A stretch of DNA of 64,000 bases, taken from Oscillospiraceae bacterium (GTDB lineage: Bacteria > Bacillota > Clostridia > Oscillospirales > Oscillospiraceae). The notes under the pieces were generated by a model, which did not search any database, was not told the DNA's origin, and saw nothing but the letters and a program-made list of their open reading frames with translations. Made by a program: the position numbers and the translations under genes. The DNA lies in contig JAHHSJ010000005.1 of the NCBI GenBank assembly GCA_020025295.1, forward strand, positions 5,538 through 69,537, written 5' to 3'. Positions 18,414 to 28,524 of this stretch are shown here, in pieces; the first letter of the stretch is position 1, and every line of letters starts with the position of its first letter.

Positions 18414-19361
18414 TCACTTTTCCGGGCAGAAGGCGGTGTCCGGGATCAGATCCTCGTTGCGGAACAGGGCGTTGACGGTGGATTGATATTCCGAAAGGTG
18501 CCGGGTCTTGCGAATGATCTTCTGATAGCCCTGATAGTTGGTAAACATCTGAATCAGGTAGGTCCAAACCCCCTTCATCTTGCACAGCGTGGGGCCGTCC
18601 CCAAACATGATCTGCTGATAGCCCTCAAACAGCTCTCCGTGGAACTCCTCCAGCGTGTGCTTGTCGGGGGTGCCGCCCATGAGCCACGGGTTGCACAGCA
18701 ATCCCCGGCCCAGCATGACGGTTTCCAGCTTGGGGCAGGCGTTCTGTGCCGCTTGCAGCTGCTCCTTGGAGAAGAGGTCGCCGTTGTAGGTCACCGGGAA
18801 GGGGGCACGCTCCATGGCGAGGAGAAATGCGTCCCACCGGGGGGTGTTTTTGTAGTAGTCCTTTTGAATCCGGGGATGCACGATCAGTTCTGTGCAGGGG
18901 TATCTGCAAAACAGTTCCAGAAGCCGGGGCCATTCCTCTTCACTGTAACGGCCAATCCGGGTCTTGATGGAGATACGAAGGGGACTTTGCTCAAAAATCT
19001 CGTCCAGAAAGCGCTCCAGCTCCTCTGGCTGACTGAGAAATCCGGAGCCTTTGTTCTTGGCTGCCACGGTTCCGGAGGGACAGCCCAGATTGAGGTTCAC
19101 CTCGGTGTAGCCCAGCTCTGCCAAGTCCCGGCAGGTGGTGAGAAAGTAATCCGCCCGGTTGGTGAGAATCTGGGGAATGAGGTTCTGGCCCTGATTGTGT
19201 TCCGGCAGCACATCGTTGCGCTCCCGATGATTGAGCCCCTTGTTCATGTTGGGGGCGATAAAAGGGGTGAAATATTTGTCCGCCGGGGTAAAGTGCCTGT
19301 GGTAGGCACTGCGGTAAAGATAAGTGGTGACCCCTTCCATGGGAGCTAATTCAAACTGCAC
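18414..19361 (-). CDS. tRNA-dihydrouridine synthase (Dus family, TIM barrel)
   Basis: The ELAPMEGVTT motif at the N-terminus and the length of 315 aa fit the Dus family. The start codon is GTG at 19361, with GAAAGG upstream. Confidence 0.8.
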   Translation of the reverse strand: MQFELAPMEGVTTYLYRSAYHRHFTPADKYFTPFIAPNMNKGLNHRERNDVLPEHNQGQNLIPQILTNRADYFLTTCRDLAELGYTEVNLNLGCPSGTVAAKNKGSGFLSQPEELERFLDEIFEQSPLRISIKTRIGRYSEEEWPRLLELFCRYPCTELIVHPRIQKDYYKNTPRWDAFLLAMERAPFPVTYNGDLFSKEQLQAAQNACPKLETVMLGRGLLCNPWLMGGTPDKHTLEEFHGELFEGYQQIMFGDGPTLCKMKGVWTYLIQMFTNYQGYQKIIRKTRHLSEYQSTVNALFRNEDLIPDTAFCPEK

Positions 19362-19458
19362 AGAAAAATCCCGCCTTTCGTGGAAATTATTGTAACACGG
19401 ATGTCTTGAGAAAACAAGAAAACTGCCGTATAGTTAGACGGTTGGGAGTGAAGAGAAG

Positions 19459-19821
19459 ATGAAATATGTGAAACAGCTGATGATTATTTTGCTGGTCAGC
19501 CTCCTTGGAGAGCTGCTCTATGCCTATATCCCCCTGCCCATTCCGGCCAGTATCTACGGTCTGGTGTTGATGCTGGTGGGGCTTTGTACCGGTGTCATTC
19601 GTCTGGCTTCCGTGCAGGAAACGGCAAAATTTCTGGTCAGCATCATGCAGGTGATGTTCATTCCGGCCGCTGTGGGTCTGCTGAATGCATGGGATGTGCT
19701 GCGTCCTATCCTGCTGCCGGTGACCATCATTATGGTGGTCAGCACGGTTCTGGTCATGGTGGCCTCCGGTGAGGTGGCCCAGTGGGTGCAGAAGCGAGAG
19801 GGAAAGGCGGAGCAGCGATGA
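19459..19821 (+). CDS. lrgA: CidA/LrgA family holin-like protein
   Basis: This 120-aa, 4-TM protein lies directly upstream of, and overlaps, an LrgB-type gene. Confidence 0.8.
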   Translation: MKYVKQLMIILLVSLLGELLYAYIPLPIPASIYGLVLMLVGLCTGVIRLASVQETAKFLVSIMQVMFIPAAVGLLNAWDVLRPILLPVTIIMVVSTVLVMVASGEVAQWVQKREGKAEQR

Positions 19822-20510
19822 AGGAAGTTTTGGTGCAGTCCGCCTATTTCGGCGTGGTGTTGAGCCTGTTGGCCTTTTATGTCGGCTGCTGGGCCAAGAA
19901 AAAGCTGAAAAAAGAGTTTGTAAACCCCCTTCTCATCAGCGTAGTTCTGGTGATCGGGGTTTTGGTGTTGTTTAATATTTCCTATGAATCCTACGAAACA
20001 AGCGCCAAGTACCTGAGTTATTTGCTGACCCCTACCACGGTCTGTCTGGCGGTGCCGCTCTATGAGCAGCTGTCCCAGCTGAAACGGCATTGGAAGGCTA
20101 TTTTTGCCGGAATCTTTGCCGGAGCCCTGACCAGTCTGGCGAGCGTGCTGGCTATGTCCGTCCTGTTCGGTCTGACTCATCAGCAGTATGTCACCCTTCT
20201 GCCCAAGTCCGTCACCACAGCCATCGGCATTGGCGTGGTGGAGGAGTTAGGCGGTGTGGTCAGCATTACCGCCACGGTGATCGTCATTACCGGCGTGCTG
20301 GGCAATATGATCGGAGAGAGTGTGCTCCGGCGCTTCCATATCACCGAGCCGGTGGCCAAAGGCGTAGCAATGGGCACTTCCGCTCATGCGGTTGGAACGG
20401 CAAAAGCCATTGAGATGGGCGAGGTGGAAGGAGCCATGAGCGGCCTTTCCATTGCGGTGTCCGGTCTGCTCACCGCCATCGGAGCATCTATGTTCGCTAT
20501 GTTCTGGTAA
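19818..20510 (+). CDS. lrgB: LrgB family protein
   Basis: I trimmed the start to MKEVLVQSAYFG, which forms an ATGA overlap with the lrgA stop. It is a polytopic membrane protein with the PKSVTTAIGIG...MGTSAHAVGTA motifs. Confidence 0.8.
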   Translation: MKEVLVQSAYFGVVLSLLAFYVGCWAKKKLKKEFVNPLLISVVLVIGVLVLFNISYESYETSAKYLSYLLTPTTVCLAVPLYEQLSQLKRHWKAIFAGIFAGALTSLASVLAMSVLFGLTHQQYVTLLPKSVTTAIGIGVVEELGGVVSITATVIVITGVLGNMIGESVLRRFHITEPVAKGVAMGTSAHAVGTAKAIEMGEVEGAMSGLSIAVSGLLTAIGASMFAMFW

Positions 20511-20581
20511 CGAAAACGAAACACGCCATGAAATCGGAAGCTCCGATTTCATGGCGTGTTTTTTTGCTTTTTGCTGAAAAA

Positions 20582-21490
20582 TCAGGTGGAAGTGGGGTCC
20601 AGAGCATCCCGAAGAGCGTCGCCAATGAAGTTGATGGCAACGACCAGCAGGATGATGACCAGTCCGGGGGGAACCCAGAGCCAAGGCTTTCCGGTGAGGA
20701 TGGACAGGTTCTCCGCACCGTTGAGCATGTTGCCCAGAGAAGGGGTGGGAAGCTGAATGCCCATGCCAAGGAAGCTGAGGGCGGCCTCGTCCAGAATGCT
20801 GAGGGCCACCACGCTGGTGGCGTATACCAGAACCGGAGCAATGGTGTTGGGGAGAATGTCGCTGAAGAGGAGATAGCGTCGGGGCATACCGCTGAGCTGA
20901 CTGCTCTTCACGAAGTTGGACTCTCGCAGGGACAGCACATTTCCTCGCACCAGACGGGCAACACCGGGCCAGTCCACCAGACCCAGAATAAAGATGATGG
21001 TCCACAGTCCGGGCTCAAAGATGGAGGCGGCCACCAGAACCAGAAGCACATAGGGGAAGCTCATGATGGCGTCAGTAATACGCATGATAATCATGTCCAC
21101 CACGCCGCCGAAGAAGCCGCTGATCAGGCCCAGAACCACGCCCACGACCGTGGAAACGCCGGCGGCCATAATGCCCACCAGCAGGCTGATCCGAGTGCCG
21201 TGGAGCAAACGACTCAGCTGATCGCGTCCGATCTGATCGGTGCCCAGCCAGTGCTTGATGGAGGGAGCCTGAGAAAAGGTGCCCACGGTTTCGGCCGGGT
21301 CGTAGGGGTAGAAGAAGGGGACCACCACGGCAATCAGCACAAGGACGGCAAGCAGAATACAGCTGACCATCGCCAGCTTGTGGCGCTTGAATCGACGGCG
21401 GATGGTTTGCAGATAGGTTTCACTTTCCTGAGGGGAGAGGACCACTTTTTCCTTGCTGATCTGCTCTTTCATATACTGTTTTCGGTTCAT
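20582..21490 (-). CDS. Peptide ABC transporter permease (OppC/DppC-like)
   Basis: This 302-aa 6-TM BPD_transp_1-type permease is the last gene of the operon. Confidence 0.8.
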   Translation of the reverse strand: MNRKQYMKEQISKEKVVLSPQESETYLQTIRRRFKRHKLAMVSCILLAVLVLIAVVVPFFYPYDPAETVGTFSQAPSIKHWLGTDQIGRDQLSRLLHGTRISLLVGIMAAGVSTVVGVVLGLISGFFGGVVDMIIMRITDAIMSFPYVLLVLVAASIFEPGLWTIIFILGLVDWPGVARLVRGNVLSLRESNFVKSSQLSGMPRRYLLFSDILPNTIAPVLVYATSVVALSILDEAALSFLGMGIQLPTPSLGNMLNGAENLSILTGKPWLWVPPGLVIILLVVAINFIGDALRDALDPTST

Positions 21491-22449
21491 GCGCGCGCCT
21501 CCTTCTGGAAGGAGATGGTGGGATCAACCACGGCATAGAGAATGTCGGTGATCAGATTTCCCACAAGCACCACCACGGCAGTGAACAGGCACACGCCCAT
21601 AATAACGGGGTAGTCACGGCTGGTGATGGCGTTCATGGTCATCAGGCCCAGTCCGGGCCAGGAAAAGACCTGCTCTACGACCACAGCACCGCCGAACAGC
21701 ATGGGAATCTCCATGCCGATGACGGTGATGACCGTGAGCATGGCGTTGCGAAGGGCGTGCTTGTAGATGACTCGGTTGCGACCGATGCCTTTGGCACGGG
21801 CGGTGCGGAGGTAATCCTGCTGGAGGATGCCCAGCACGGCGGAGCGGAAATAGCGGATGTTGGTGCCGGCCAGACCGAAGGACAGCACGAGGGTGGGCAT
21901 AATCATGTGTTTCACCACATCCCAGAAGCCGCCGCCCACACCCAGCGTGGTCATGCCGGAGGAGGGCAGCCAGCCCAGCCGCACGGTGAACAGGTAGATG
22001 AGCAGCAGACCCAGAAAGAAGCTGGGAACGCTGGAACCCAGAAAGGAGAGGGACACCACGGTGTAATCGCCCTTGGAGTAGGCGTGGGTGGCGGAGAAAA
22101 TGCCGCCCAGCAGGCTGAAAATCAGGCTCAGCACCAGAGCCGCACCCATCAGCAGCAGGGTGGGGCCGAGATGAGCGCCGATCATGGTGGAAACGGGCTG
22201 GAAGGTGGAGTAACTGACGCCCAGATCCCCCTGAAGCAGACCGAACAGCCAGATAAAGTACTGAACAAAGGCAGGCTTGTCCAAGCCCCAGTTAATGGCA
22301 CGCTGTGCCAGAGCCGCTTCGGAAACACGGGCGCCGCCCATCATTTCCAGCGGGTTGCCGGACAGGCTCATCAGGGCAAAATCAATGACCGTGATGAGCA
22401 GCAGCACGGGAATGGCGATGAGAATACGCTTTGCGATGTATTTTGCCAA
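21487..22449 (-). CDS. Peptide ABC transporter permease (OppB/DppB-like)
   Basis: The 320-aa ORF begins MAKYIAKRILIAIPVLLLITVIDFAL, a typical OppB N-terminus. Its stop overlaps the start of the next gene. Confidence 0.8.
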   Translation of the reverse strand: MAKYIAKRILIAIPVLLLITVIDFALMSLSGNPLEMMGGARVSEAALAQRAINWGLDKPAFVQYFIWLFGLLQGDLGVSYSTFQPVSTMIGAHLGPTLLLMGAALVLSLIFSLLGGIFSATHAYSKGDYTVVSLSFLGSSVPSFFLGLLLIYLFTVRLGWLPSSGMTTLGVGGGFWDVVKHMIMPTLVLSFGLAGTNIRYFRSAVLGILQQDYLRTARAKGIGRNRVIYKHALRNAMLTVITVIGMEIPMLFGGAVVVEQVFSWPGLGLMTMNAITSRDYPVIMGVCLFTAVVVLVGNLITDILYAVVDPTISFQKEARA

Positions 22450-23445
22450 TTAGTTCGCCTCCTTTTCTGCTCGGCGGCAGGTGGTCAGGTGATTGCTGCC
22501 TTCAAAGAGGGGACGAAGTTCCCCGGTGTAGTGATTGCATTCCTCGGTGGCAAAGGGACACCGGGGCAGGAAACGGCAGCCCTTGGGGGCGTCCACCGGA
22601 GAGATGGCTTCACTCCGGAGGGTGATGCCATCGTTGCCCCGCACCGCAGGATCCGGGGTGGGCACTGCGTCACAAAGGGCCCGGGTGTAGGGATGCACCG
22701 GGTTGCGGAACAGCTCCTTTGCATCGGCAATTTCAATGATCTGCCCCAGATACATCACCGCAATCCGCTGGCTCACATAGTTGACTGCACCCAAACCATG
22801 ACCGATAAAGAGATAGGTGAGCCCCAGTTCCTGCTGAAGAGAGCGGAACAGGTTCAGAATTTGCGCCTGAATAGACACATCCAGAGCGCTGACCGGCTCG
22901 TCGCAGACGATCAGCTTGGGATGGAGGGACAGTGCCTTCGCAATGGCGATGCGCTGCCGCTGTCCGCCGGAGAATTCGTGGGGATAGCGGTTCTTTGCGC
23001 TTTTGGGCATGCCCACCATGTCCAGCAGCCGGTCTACCTCGGCCTCTGCCGTGGAGCGGGTGGCAAGACCGTGATAGATCATGGGGTCAGACAGAATCTG
23101 AAAGATATGTTTTTGAGGGTTCAGGGAAGAATAGCTGTCCTGAAAGACCATCTGAAGGTCGGTTCGCACCTGCTTCAGCTCCTCGTTGGAAGCGGTGGTC
23201 AGCTCAAGCCCTTTGTAGCGAATGGAGCCGGAGGTGGGCTTTTCCAGCCGGACGATCTGGCGTCCGATGGTGCTTTTGCCGCAGCCGGATTCACCCACCA
23301 GACCCAGAGTGGTGCCTTCCTCAATGGAGAAGCTCACATCGTCCACGGCGTGGACATGACCGGTGACCCGGGACAGAAATCCTCCCTTGATGGGGTAATG
23401 AACGCAGAGGCGTTCGACCTGTAAGATAGGAGTGTGTTCGCTCAT
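22450..23445 (-). CDS. Peptide ABC transporter ATP-binding protein (OppF/DppF-like)
   Basis: Walker [10 protein letters not shown], the signature FSGGQRQR and the C-terminal oligopeptide-type Cys-rich extension are present. Confidence 0.85.
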   Translation of the reverse strand: MSEHTPILQVERLCVHYPIKGGFLSRVTGHVHAVDDVSFSIEEGTTLGLVGESGCGKSTIGRQIVRLEKPTSGSIRYKGLELTTASNEELKQVRTDLQMVFQDSYSSLNPQKHIFQILSDPMIYHGLATRSTAEAEVDRLLDMVGMPKSAKNRYPHEFSGGQRQRIAIAKALSLHPKLIVCDEPVSALDVSIQAQILNLFRSLQQELGLTYLFIGHGLGAVNYVSQRIAVMYLGQIIEIADAKELFRNPVHPYTRALCDAVPTPDPAVRGNDGITLRSEAISPVDAPKGCRFLPRCPFATEECNHYTGELRPLFEGSNHLTTCRRAEKEAN

Positions 23446-24425
23446 TTCTCAACCTCCTTTGCCCGATGGCAGCGCACAAAGTGCCCGGGGCCGTGTTCCA
23501 AGGTTTCCTGCGTCTGCTCACATTCGGCAGTAGCGTAGGGGCAGCGGGAACGGAAGCGGCAGCCCTGCATATTCTGATAACGCTCCGGCACGGTGTCCCG
23601 GATGGATTCCAGTACCCGGTCGTCGGAGTCAGAAATGCTGGGCACACTCTTGAGCAGCATCTGGGTGTAGGGGTGGGCAGGATGGTGGAACAGCTCCATC
23701 ACCGGGGCCTCTTCTACCACCTGACCGGCATACATGACCAGCACCTGATCGGCCATCTGAGCCACCAGACCCATGTCGTGGGTGATGAGGATGATGCTCA
23801 TGCCGTTTTCCTTTTGAAGCTGCTGCAGCAGCTTCATGATCTGCTTCTGGATGGTTACATCCAGCGCGGTGGTGGGTTCATCGGCAATCAGCAGCTTGGG
23901 GTCACAGCTGAGGGCCATAGCGATCATCACACGCTGCCGCTGTCCGCCGGACAGAGTGTGGGGGTAGCTTCGGAAAGTGTTTTCCGGGTCCGGCAGTCCT
24001 ACTTTTTCCAACAGGGACAAGGCACGCTGCTTGGCGCTCTTTTTATCCAAAGACAGATGAATCCGGATGGACTCCATCAGCTGATTTCCGATGGTAAACA
24101 CCGGGTTCAGACTGGTCAGTGCGTCTTGAAAGATCATAGAAATTTCGCTGCCCCGGATGCGGTCCAGCTGCTTTTCCGACAGATTGGTGATGGGTTTGCC
24201 ATCGAAGATAATTTCACCGCTGCTGATGCGTCCGTTTCGGCTCAGCAGCCCCATCACAGAAAGGCAAGTTACACTCTTACCGCAGCCGGACTCACCGACG
24301 ATACAGAGAGTCTGTCCGGGGTAGGCATTGAAGCTGACATCATCCACCACGGTGCCTGCACTGAAGTCACTGGTAAAGACGGTGTTCATGTGTTGAACGG
24401 AAAGAATAGGTTCCAAAGCGATCAC
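23442..24425 (-). CDS. Peptide ABC transporter ATP-binding protein (OppD/DppD-like)
   Basis: Walker A GESGCGKS, the signature LSGGQRQR and Walker B LLIADEPT are present. Confidence 0.85.
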   Translation of the reverse strand: MIALEPILSVQHMNTVFTSDFSAGTVVDDVSFNAYPGQTLCIVGESGCGKSVTCLSVMGLLSRNGRISSGEIIFDGKPITNLSEKQLDRIRGSEISMIFQDALTSLNPVFTIGNQLMESIRIHLSLDKKSAKQRALSLLEKVGLPDPENTFRSYPHTLSGGQRQRVMIAMALSCDPKLLIADEPTTALDVTIQKQIMKLLQQLQKENGMSIILITHDMGLVAQMADQVLVMYAGQVVEEAPVMELFHHPAHPYTQMLLKSVPSISDSDDRVLESIRDTVPERYQNMQGCRFRSRCPYATAECEQTQETLEHGPGHFVRCHRAKEVEK

Positions 24426-24568
24426 TTCCTTCGTACAAAAGAGTAAAAAGACATCAATCTTTCCTCAATTCAAGCCGACGGATTGAGTTGAGGAAAAACC
24501 AAGGTATTGCTTGGAAAAGAGCGGTACGCCGATTTTTCGGCGTACCGCTCGCAGCGGTTTTGCGTGGA

Positions 24569-26182
24569 TTAGTTGGCAAGGGTCCATTCGTGGATGTTGT
24601 TGATGGAACCGTACATGGTGGGATGAGCGCCTTCCAGACGGTTGTTCTCTGCACCCAGAGGACCGTTGATGTAGAGGTCAATCATGGGGACGCTCTGCTG
24701 CACATAGGTGTCCACATGGAGCAGCGCCTCGGCATAGACCTCGGAATCGTTGGTGCTCCAAAGCACATCCAGCTGCTCAGCTACCGTGTCCGTCAGGTTG
24801 TGGCACCAGCTGTCCAGAACGAACTTCACATCCCAAGAGGGGTCCACCGGGGGATAGGTGTACTGCAAAGCCACCATAGCGGCGTCATCCTTGCCGGCCA
24901 GACCCATCAGGGTGTCCAGATCGACGGTCTTGATGTCCACCTGAATGCCCACGGAACTCCAAGCCTGCTGTGCCAGCTGAAGCGCCAGCGCCAGCTGAGC
25001 GTCACCGCTGTTGGCGTAGAGAGTGTAGGTGGTTTTGGGGTTCCAGCCCTCTTCTGTGGCCTTGGCCACCAGAGCCTTTGCACCTTCCACATCGTAGGCG
25101 GTGGGAGTCAGGTCCTTCCAGTAGGGACCGTCGGGCACAGCAAAGCCGTCAGCGTAAGTTCCGTTGCCGCCCAGCAGGCCGGTGACCAGCTGATCTCGAT
25201 TCAGAGCCAGCAGCATGGCACGGCGAATGTTTTCGTTGTCAACGATATTGGTGTTGAAGAAGATGTTTTCCACGGAGTAAGCGGTACCGTGCTCGCTGGT
25301 CACATTTTTGAGAGACTTGATGTTGTCATAGTCCTCGATTTCGATGGTGCCCAGCAGGGGAGGGACGAGGTCGATTTCACCGGACTGCAGCCCGGCGTAC
25401 AAGCCTGCACCGTCCACAATCTTGATGTTGGCGTTGGGGATGTTGACCGGGCCACGCCAGTAGGCGTCGTTGGCGGTGTAGGTCACATAGTGGTTGCTGT
25501 TGAAGCTGGTGGCCTTGTAGGGGCCGCTGACCACATCGGGGTGCGTGAACCAGTCGTAGGCGGCAAGCTCATTCTCCGGCACATCAGCCAGCACATGGGC
25601 AGGCATGGGAGCGATGAACTGAGCGTAGCCGTTGAGGAAGCTCACCAGGTTGATTTCGTTTTTGAAGGTGAAAGTGACGGTCTTTTCGTCCACCGCCTTC
25701 ACGCCTTCCAGCGTGGTAGCGCCCTCAGGGAGGTAACCGCTTTCATCGTCGGTGCCCACCAGAGCGTGGAGCATCATAGCGGGATTAGCAATCACGGGGG
25801 AGGCAAGACGAGTCATGGTAAAGACGACATCGTCAGCAGTAATGGGAGTGCCGTCGCTCCAAGTGGCGTCATCATTGATGTGGACGGTGTAAGTGAGATT
25901 GTCGTCCGTCGTGATGGAGTCAGCCAGCATATATTCAAACTCAGCGTTGGAGTCCAGAGCCACCAAAGGCAGGAACTGGAGGCTGATGGCGTAATAATCG
26001 GAGAGGACGCCGCTGATCAGAACCGGATTCAGAGAACCGATGCTGGCAGTACAGCCGATGTTGACTGCGTTCTTCGACGAGGAAGAAGTGCTCTGCGTCG
26101 GATCAGAACCGCAGGAAACCAAAGACAAGGTCAGCAACAGGGCCAGCATAAGAGCGGACAGGCGGCAAAAAATTTTTTTCAT
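24569..26182 (-). CDS. ABC transporter substrate-binding lipoprotein, family 5 (OppA/DppA-like)
   Basis: The signal peptide has a lipobox (LTLSLVSCGS). The 537-aa SBP_bac_5-like body has AAGGGAG upstream of its start. Confidence 0.8.
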   Translation of the reverse strand: MKKIFCRLSALMLALLLTLSLVSCGSDPTQSTSSSSKNAVNIGCTASIGSLNPVLISGVLSDYYAISLQFLPLVALDSNAEFEYMLADSITTDDNLTYTVHINDDATWSDGTPITADDVVFTMTRLASPVIANPAMMLHALVGTDDESGYLPEGATTLEGVKAVDEKTVTFTFKNEINLVSFLNGYAQFIAPMPAHVLADVPENELAAYDWFTHPDVVSGPYKATSFNSNHYVTYTANDAYWRGPVNIPNANIKIVDGAGLYAGLQSGEIDLVPPLLGTIEIEDYDNIKSLKNVTSEHGTAYSVENIFFNTNIVDNENIRRAMLLALNRDQLVTGLLGGNGTYADGFAVPDGPYWKDLTPTAYDVEGAKALVAKATEEGWNPKTTYTLYANSGDAQLALALQLAQQAWSSVGIQVDIKTVDLDTLMGLAGKDDAAMVALQYTYPPVDPSWDVKFVLDSWCHNLTDTVAEQLDVLWSTNDSEVYAEALLHVDTYVQQSVPMIDLYINGPLGAENNRLEGAHPTMYGSINNIHEWTLAN

Positions 26183-26375
26183 GGATCAAGCTCCCTTCTT
26201 AAGGTAAAATTGTGCAATTTATCGCAAACTACACCAGCTACATTATAAAGGAAAAACACAGAAGAAGTCCAGCTTTTTTTCCTTGGATAAGAATGTGAAA
26301 AGCGAGGAAGGAACAAAAAAGTCGGGCGCCCATAAGCGGACGCCCAACGGGGATCAAACAGAACCGGAACAGCGG

Positions 26376-26765
26376 TCAGGACAGCTTCTTTGCGTCGGTT
26401 TTGGACTGGAATTTCTCGCCATCCACCAGAAAACGCTCGTGGGTGCCCTTACCGATGAGTCCTGCCTCGTCGTAAACGGCAGCAGAGAAGACCAGTCGGC
26501 GGCGATCCACTTCTACCAGAGCGGTTTTTGCGGTAACCTTCATACCCACCGGAGTGGCGGCCAAATGCTGGATGTTGAGGCTGGTTCCGACGGTGGTCTG
26601 CCCCTCTTCCAGTTCAGAGGCAATGCTCATCAGGGCCGTTTTTTCGATGAGAGCGATCATAGCAGGAGTGGCAAACACATCCAGAGAGCCGCTGCCCATG
26701 GTTTTAGCGGTGTTGGTCTGATCTACCACCACGGTCTGTTCGCCCAGAATACCGGTGTTCAACAT
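26376..26765 (-). CDS. Hotdog-fold thioesterase family protein (FlK-like)
   Basis: The 129-aa ORF contains TAKTMGSGSLDVFATPAMIALIE...GTSLNIQHLAATP, the pattern of the small thioesterase family. GGAGG lies upstream and a terminator at 26322-26355 lies downstream. Confidence 0.65.
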   Translation of the reverse strand: MLNTGILGEQTVVVDQTNTAKTMGSGSLDVFATPAMIALIEKTALMSIASELEEGQTTVGTSLNIQHLAATPVGMKVTAKTALVEVDRRRLVFSAAVYDEAGLIGKGTHERFLVDGEKFQSKTDAKKLS

Positions 26766-26887
26766 AATTGGAGGACCTCCTCTAAATTTCAGTTGGCTTC
26801 ATGATAACACAGGGAAGGCGATGATTCAAACAAACCGGGGCAAACATGGGGAAAATTCCGATTCGAAGGGAAATTTAAGCGAAAGAA

Positions 26888-26916
26888 TTGCCAAGCGGAG
26901 GAATGTGTGGTACAAT
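26888..26916 (+). promoter_or_regulatory. Sigma-70-type promoter upstream of tRNA-Leu (TTGCCA-17-TACAAT)
   Basis: The hexamers and spacing are read from the sequence, about 70 nt upstream of the mature tRNA 5' end. Confidence 0.45.
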
Positions 26917-26984
26917 CTCGACAGTTCAAAGGGAGAGTTGCGCTCCCTTTTTGACTTTGCCAGAGGCAAGTAAACGGAATGTAT

Positions 26985-27069
26985 GCGGGTATGATGAAAT
27001 TGGTAAACATGCTGGATTTAGGTTCCAGTGCCGCAAGGCTTGTGGGTTCGAGTCCCACTACCCGTACCA
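26985..27069 (+). tRNA. tRNA-Leu (anticodon UAG), type II with a long variable arm and an encoded CCA
   Basis: I folded this by hand. The acceptor is GCGGGTA/TACCCGT (G1-U72 wobble), the anticodon stem is CTGGA/TCCAG with loop TTTAGGT, the variable stem is GCC-GCAA-GGC, the T-arm is GTGGG-TTCGAGT-CCCAC, and the 3' end is A-CCA. Confidence 0.9.
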
Positions 27070-27075
27070 AAATAA

Positions 27076-27104
27076 ACGGGCACGACTCACATCGTGCCCG
27101 TTTT
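27076..27104 (+). terminator. Intrinsic terminator after tRNA-Leu
   Basis: The hairpin ACGGGCACGA-ctcaca-TCGTGCCCGT is followed by TTTT. Confidence 0.75.
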
Positions 27105-27190
27105 GTCATGCTTTGGTGATACCAAGAGCGAACGCCAGTAAAAGAACACCCCCACAGCATCTGCTGTGGGGGTGTGTTCGTTTTTCAGAG

Positions 27191-28213
27191 TTAAACTTCT
27201 GCCAGCCAAAGCTTTTTGGGAGCAAATTTTACCGTATATGCTCCGTCAGTGTCCATGCACTGCTCCGAATAAGCAGTTACCGTTTCAGAACCCATTTGCT
27301 CCTCTGCGCCCTTGCACGGAATGCCCTTGGCAGGAAGAGCAACGGGGATCACATCAACCAGTTTGCCCTCAAAATAGATGCTTGCGTCCAGCATGCCGTC
27401 AACCGCCCAAGAGACCGAGTCAGGAATGCCATCCGCATCTGCTTTGAAGTGGTTGCAAATGGAAACATTCAGTACCAGACTCTTTTGATTGTCTGCTTTT
27501 TGTACCGCTGCGTCCAATTCCAACGCATCGAACAAAACCTCCGTAGGTACCGTTTCCAGCACCAGTTTGTCCTTGGATTCCTTGATCTGCTGTTCGCAGT
27601 CGGCGATGGAATCCCGGGTATGACCGATTTGTTCGGTCAGATCTCTTGCCCACTGCTCCAGCTGTTCTGTGTGGGACTGAGCCCCGGTTTGGTTTTGTGC
27701 AACAATCTGCTCGTTTTCCCGCATAACATCTACTGTCGTGCCCACACCGGCCGATCTGCCGACCAAGCCATTGGCAACTACGCCCACGATGGCCTTCTGG
27801 TTTTTAAGGGCCACCTGAGGAGGTGCTGAGGTTCTCGAGTGCTTACCAAGATTCGTTTTTTCCTGCTCAAGCCGGTGCAGTTCGTCTTCCAGAATCGACT
27901 TTTCTTCTTCCAGCATCCGTGTGCGCTTCTGAATGCCCTGCAAATCAGCAAGCTGACGATAGAACTGCATGACACGGGCGTGCATTGGGTCAAATGCTCC
28001 TGCCTGCGTTCCGCATGACTCAGAAGTGTCCAGTCCTGCCGCACGATTGAATTTAACGGCGAAGCCCAGCACAACGATTCCGCCAATGAAACAGAGAATT
28101 GGCAGGATGCGGTGATCTCCAAGGATAAGAGTCAAAATTCCAGCCAAAACAGCAAGCAAACCGATGATAAAAAGGATTGCAGCTGTTTTCTTGCTTTCCC
28201 GTTTGTCGTACAT
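27191..28213 (-). CDS. Hypothetical membrane-anchored coiled-coil protein (340 aa)
   Basis: GGGAGG lies 7 nt upstream of the ATG. The protein has two N-terminal TM helices, a heptad-rich region (LEEEKSILEDELHRLEQEKTNL, QLEQWARDLTEQ...) and a C-terminal domain that looks beta-rich. I recognise no family. Confidence 0.6.
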   Translation of the reverse strand: MYDKRESKKTAAILFIIGLLAVLAGILTLILGDHRILPILCFIGGIVVLGFAVKFNRAAGLDTSESCGTQAGAFDPMHARVMQFYRQLADLQGIQKRTRMLEEEKSILEDELHRLEQEKTNLGKHSRTSAPPQVALKNQKAIVGVVANGLVGRSAGVGTTVDVMRENEQIVAQNQTGAQSHTEQLEQWARDLTEQIGHTRDSIADCEQQIKESKDKLVLETVPTEVLFDALELDAAVQKADNQKSLVLNVSICNHFKADADGIPDSVSWAVDGMLDASIYFEGKLVDVIPVALPAKGIPCKGAEEQMGSETVTAYSEQCMDTDGAYTVKFAPKKLWLAEV

Positions 28214-28480
28214 AAGATTGCCTCCCTTTCTTGTTTGACAATGTAAGTCTGTAACGAGTGTTGCTTGGACTGAAAACGGACTTGATTAGATTGTAAAATA
28301 TTCGCCTATGTAATTGAACCGAGTATACATCAACGGTCAATCGTTTGCAAGCTATTTCGTACTCCTAATGTTTAAATTTTCCATTTGCCGTGGAAGCGCT
28401 TTGCTGCACCTATGACCGCACCTGATTTCCTCGCTGGAAAGGGGTAAGATTTCTACTGCGGAGTCACACGAACATAAAAC

Positions 28481-28520
28481 AAAAAGCACCGAAACGGCAC
28501 TGCCGTTTCGGTGCTTTTTT
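28481..28520. terminator. Terminator with A- and T-tracts on either side, downstream of the P-type ATPase stop (minus strand) and upstream of the start of the 27191-28213 gene
   Basis: The sequence is AAAAAGCACCGAAACGGCA-c-TGCCGTTTCGGTGCTTTTTT. Confidence 0.8.
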
Positions 28521-28524
28521 ACTG

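Noticed and set aside
26985-28213. The idea that the tRNA-Leu marks the edge of an integrated genomic island containing the 340-aa hypothetical gene.
   Set aside because: No integrase is present, I found no duplicated copy of the tRNA 3' end by eye, and the neighbouring genes are ordinary. The evidence is insufficient, so this is kept only as a low-interest note.
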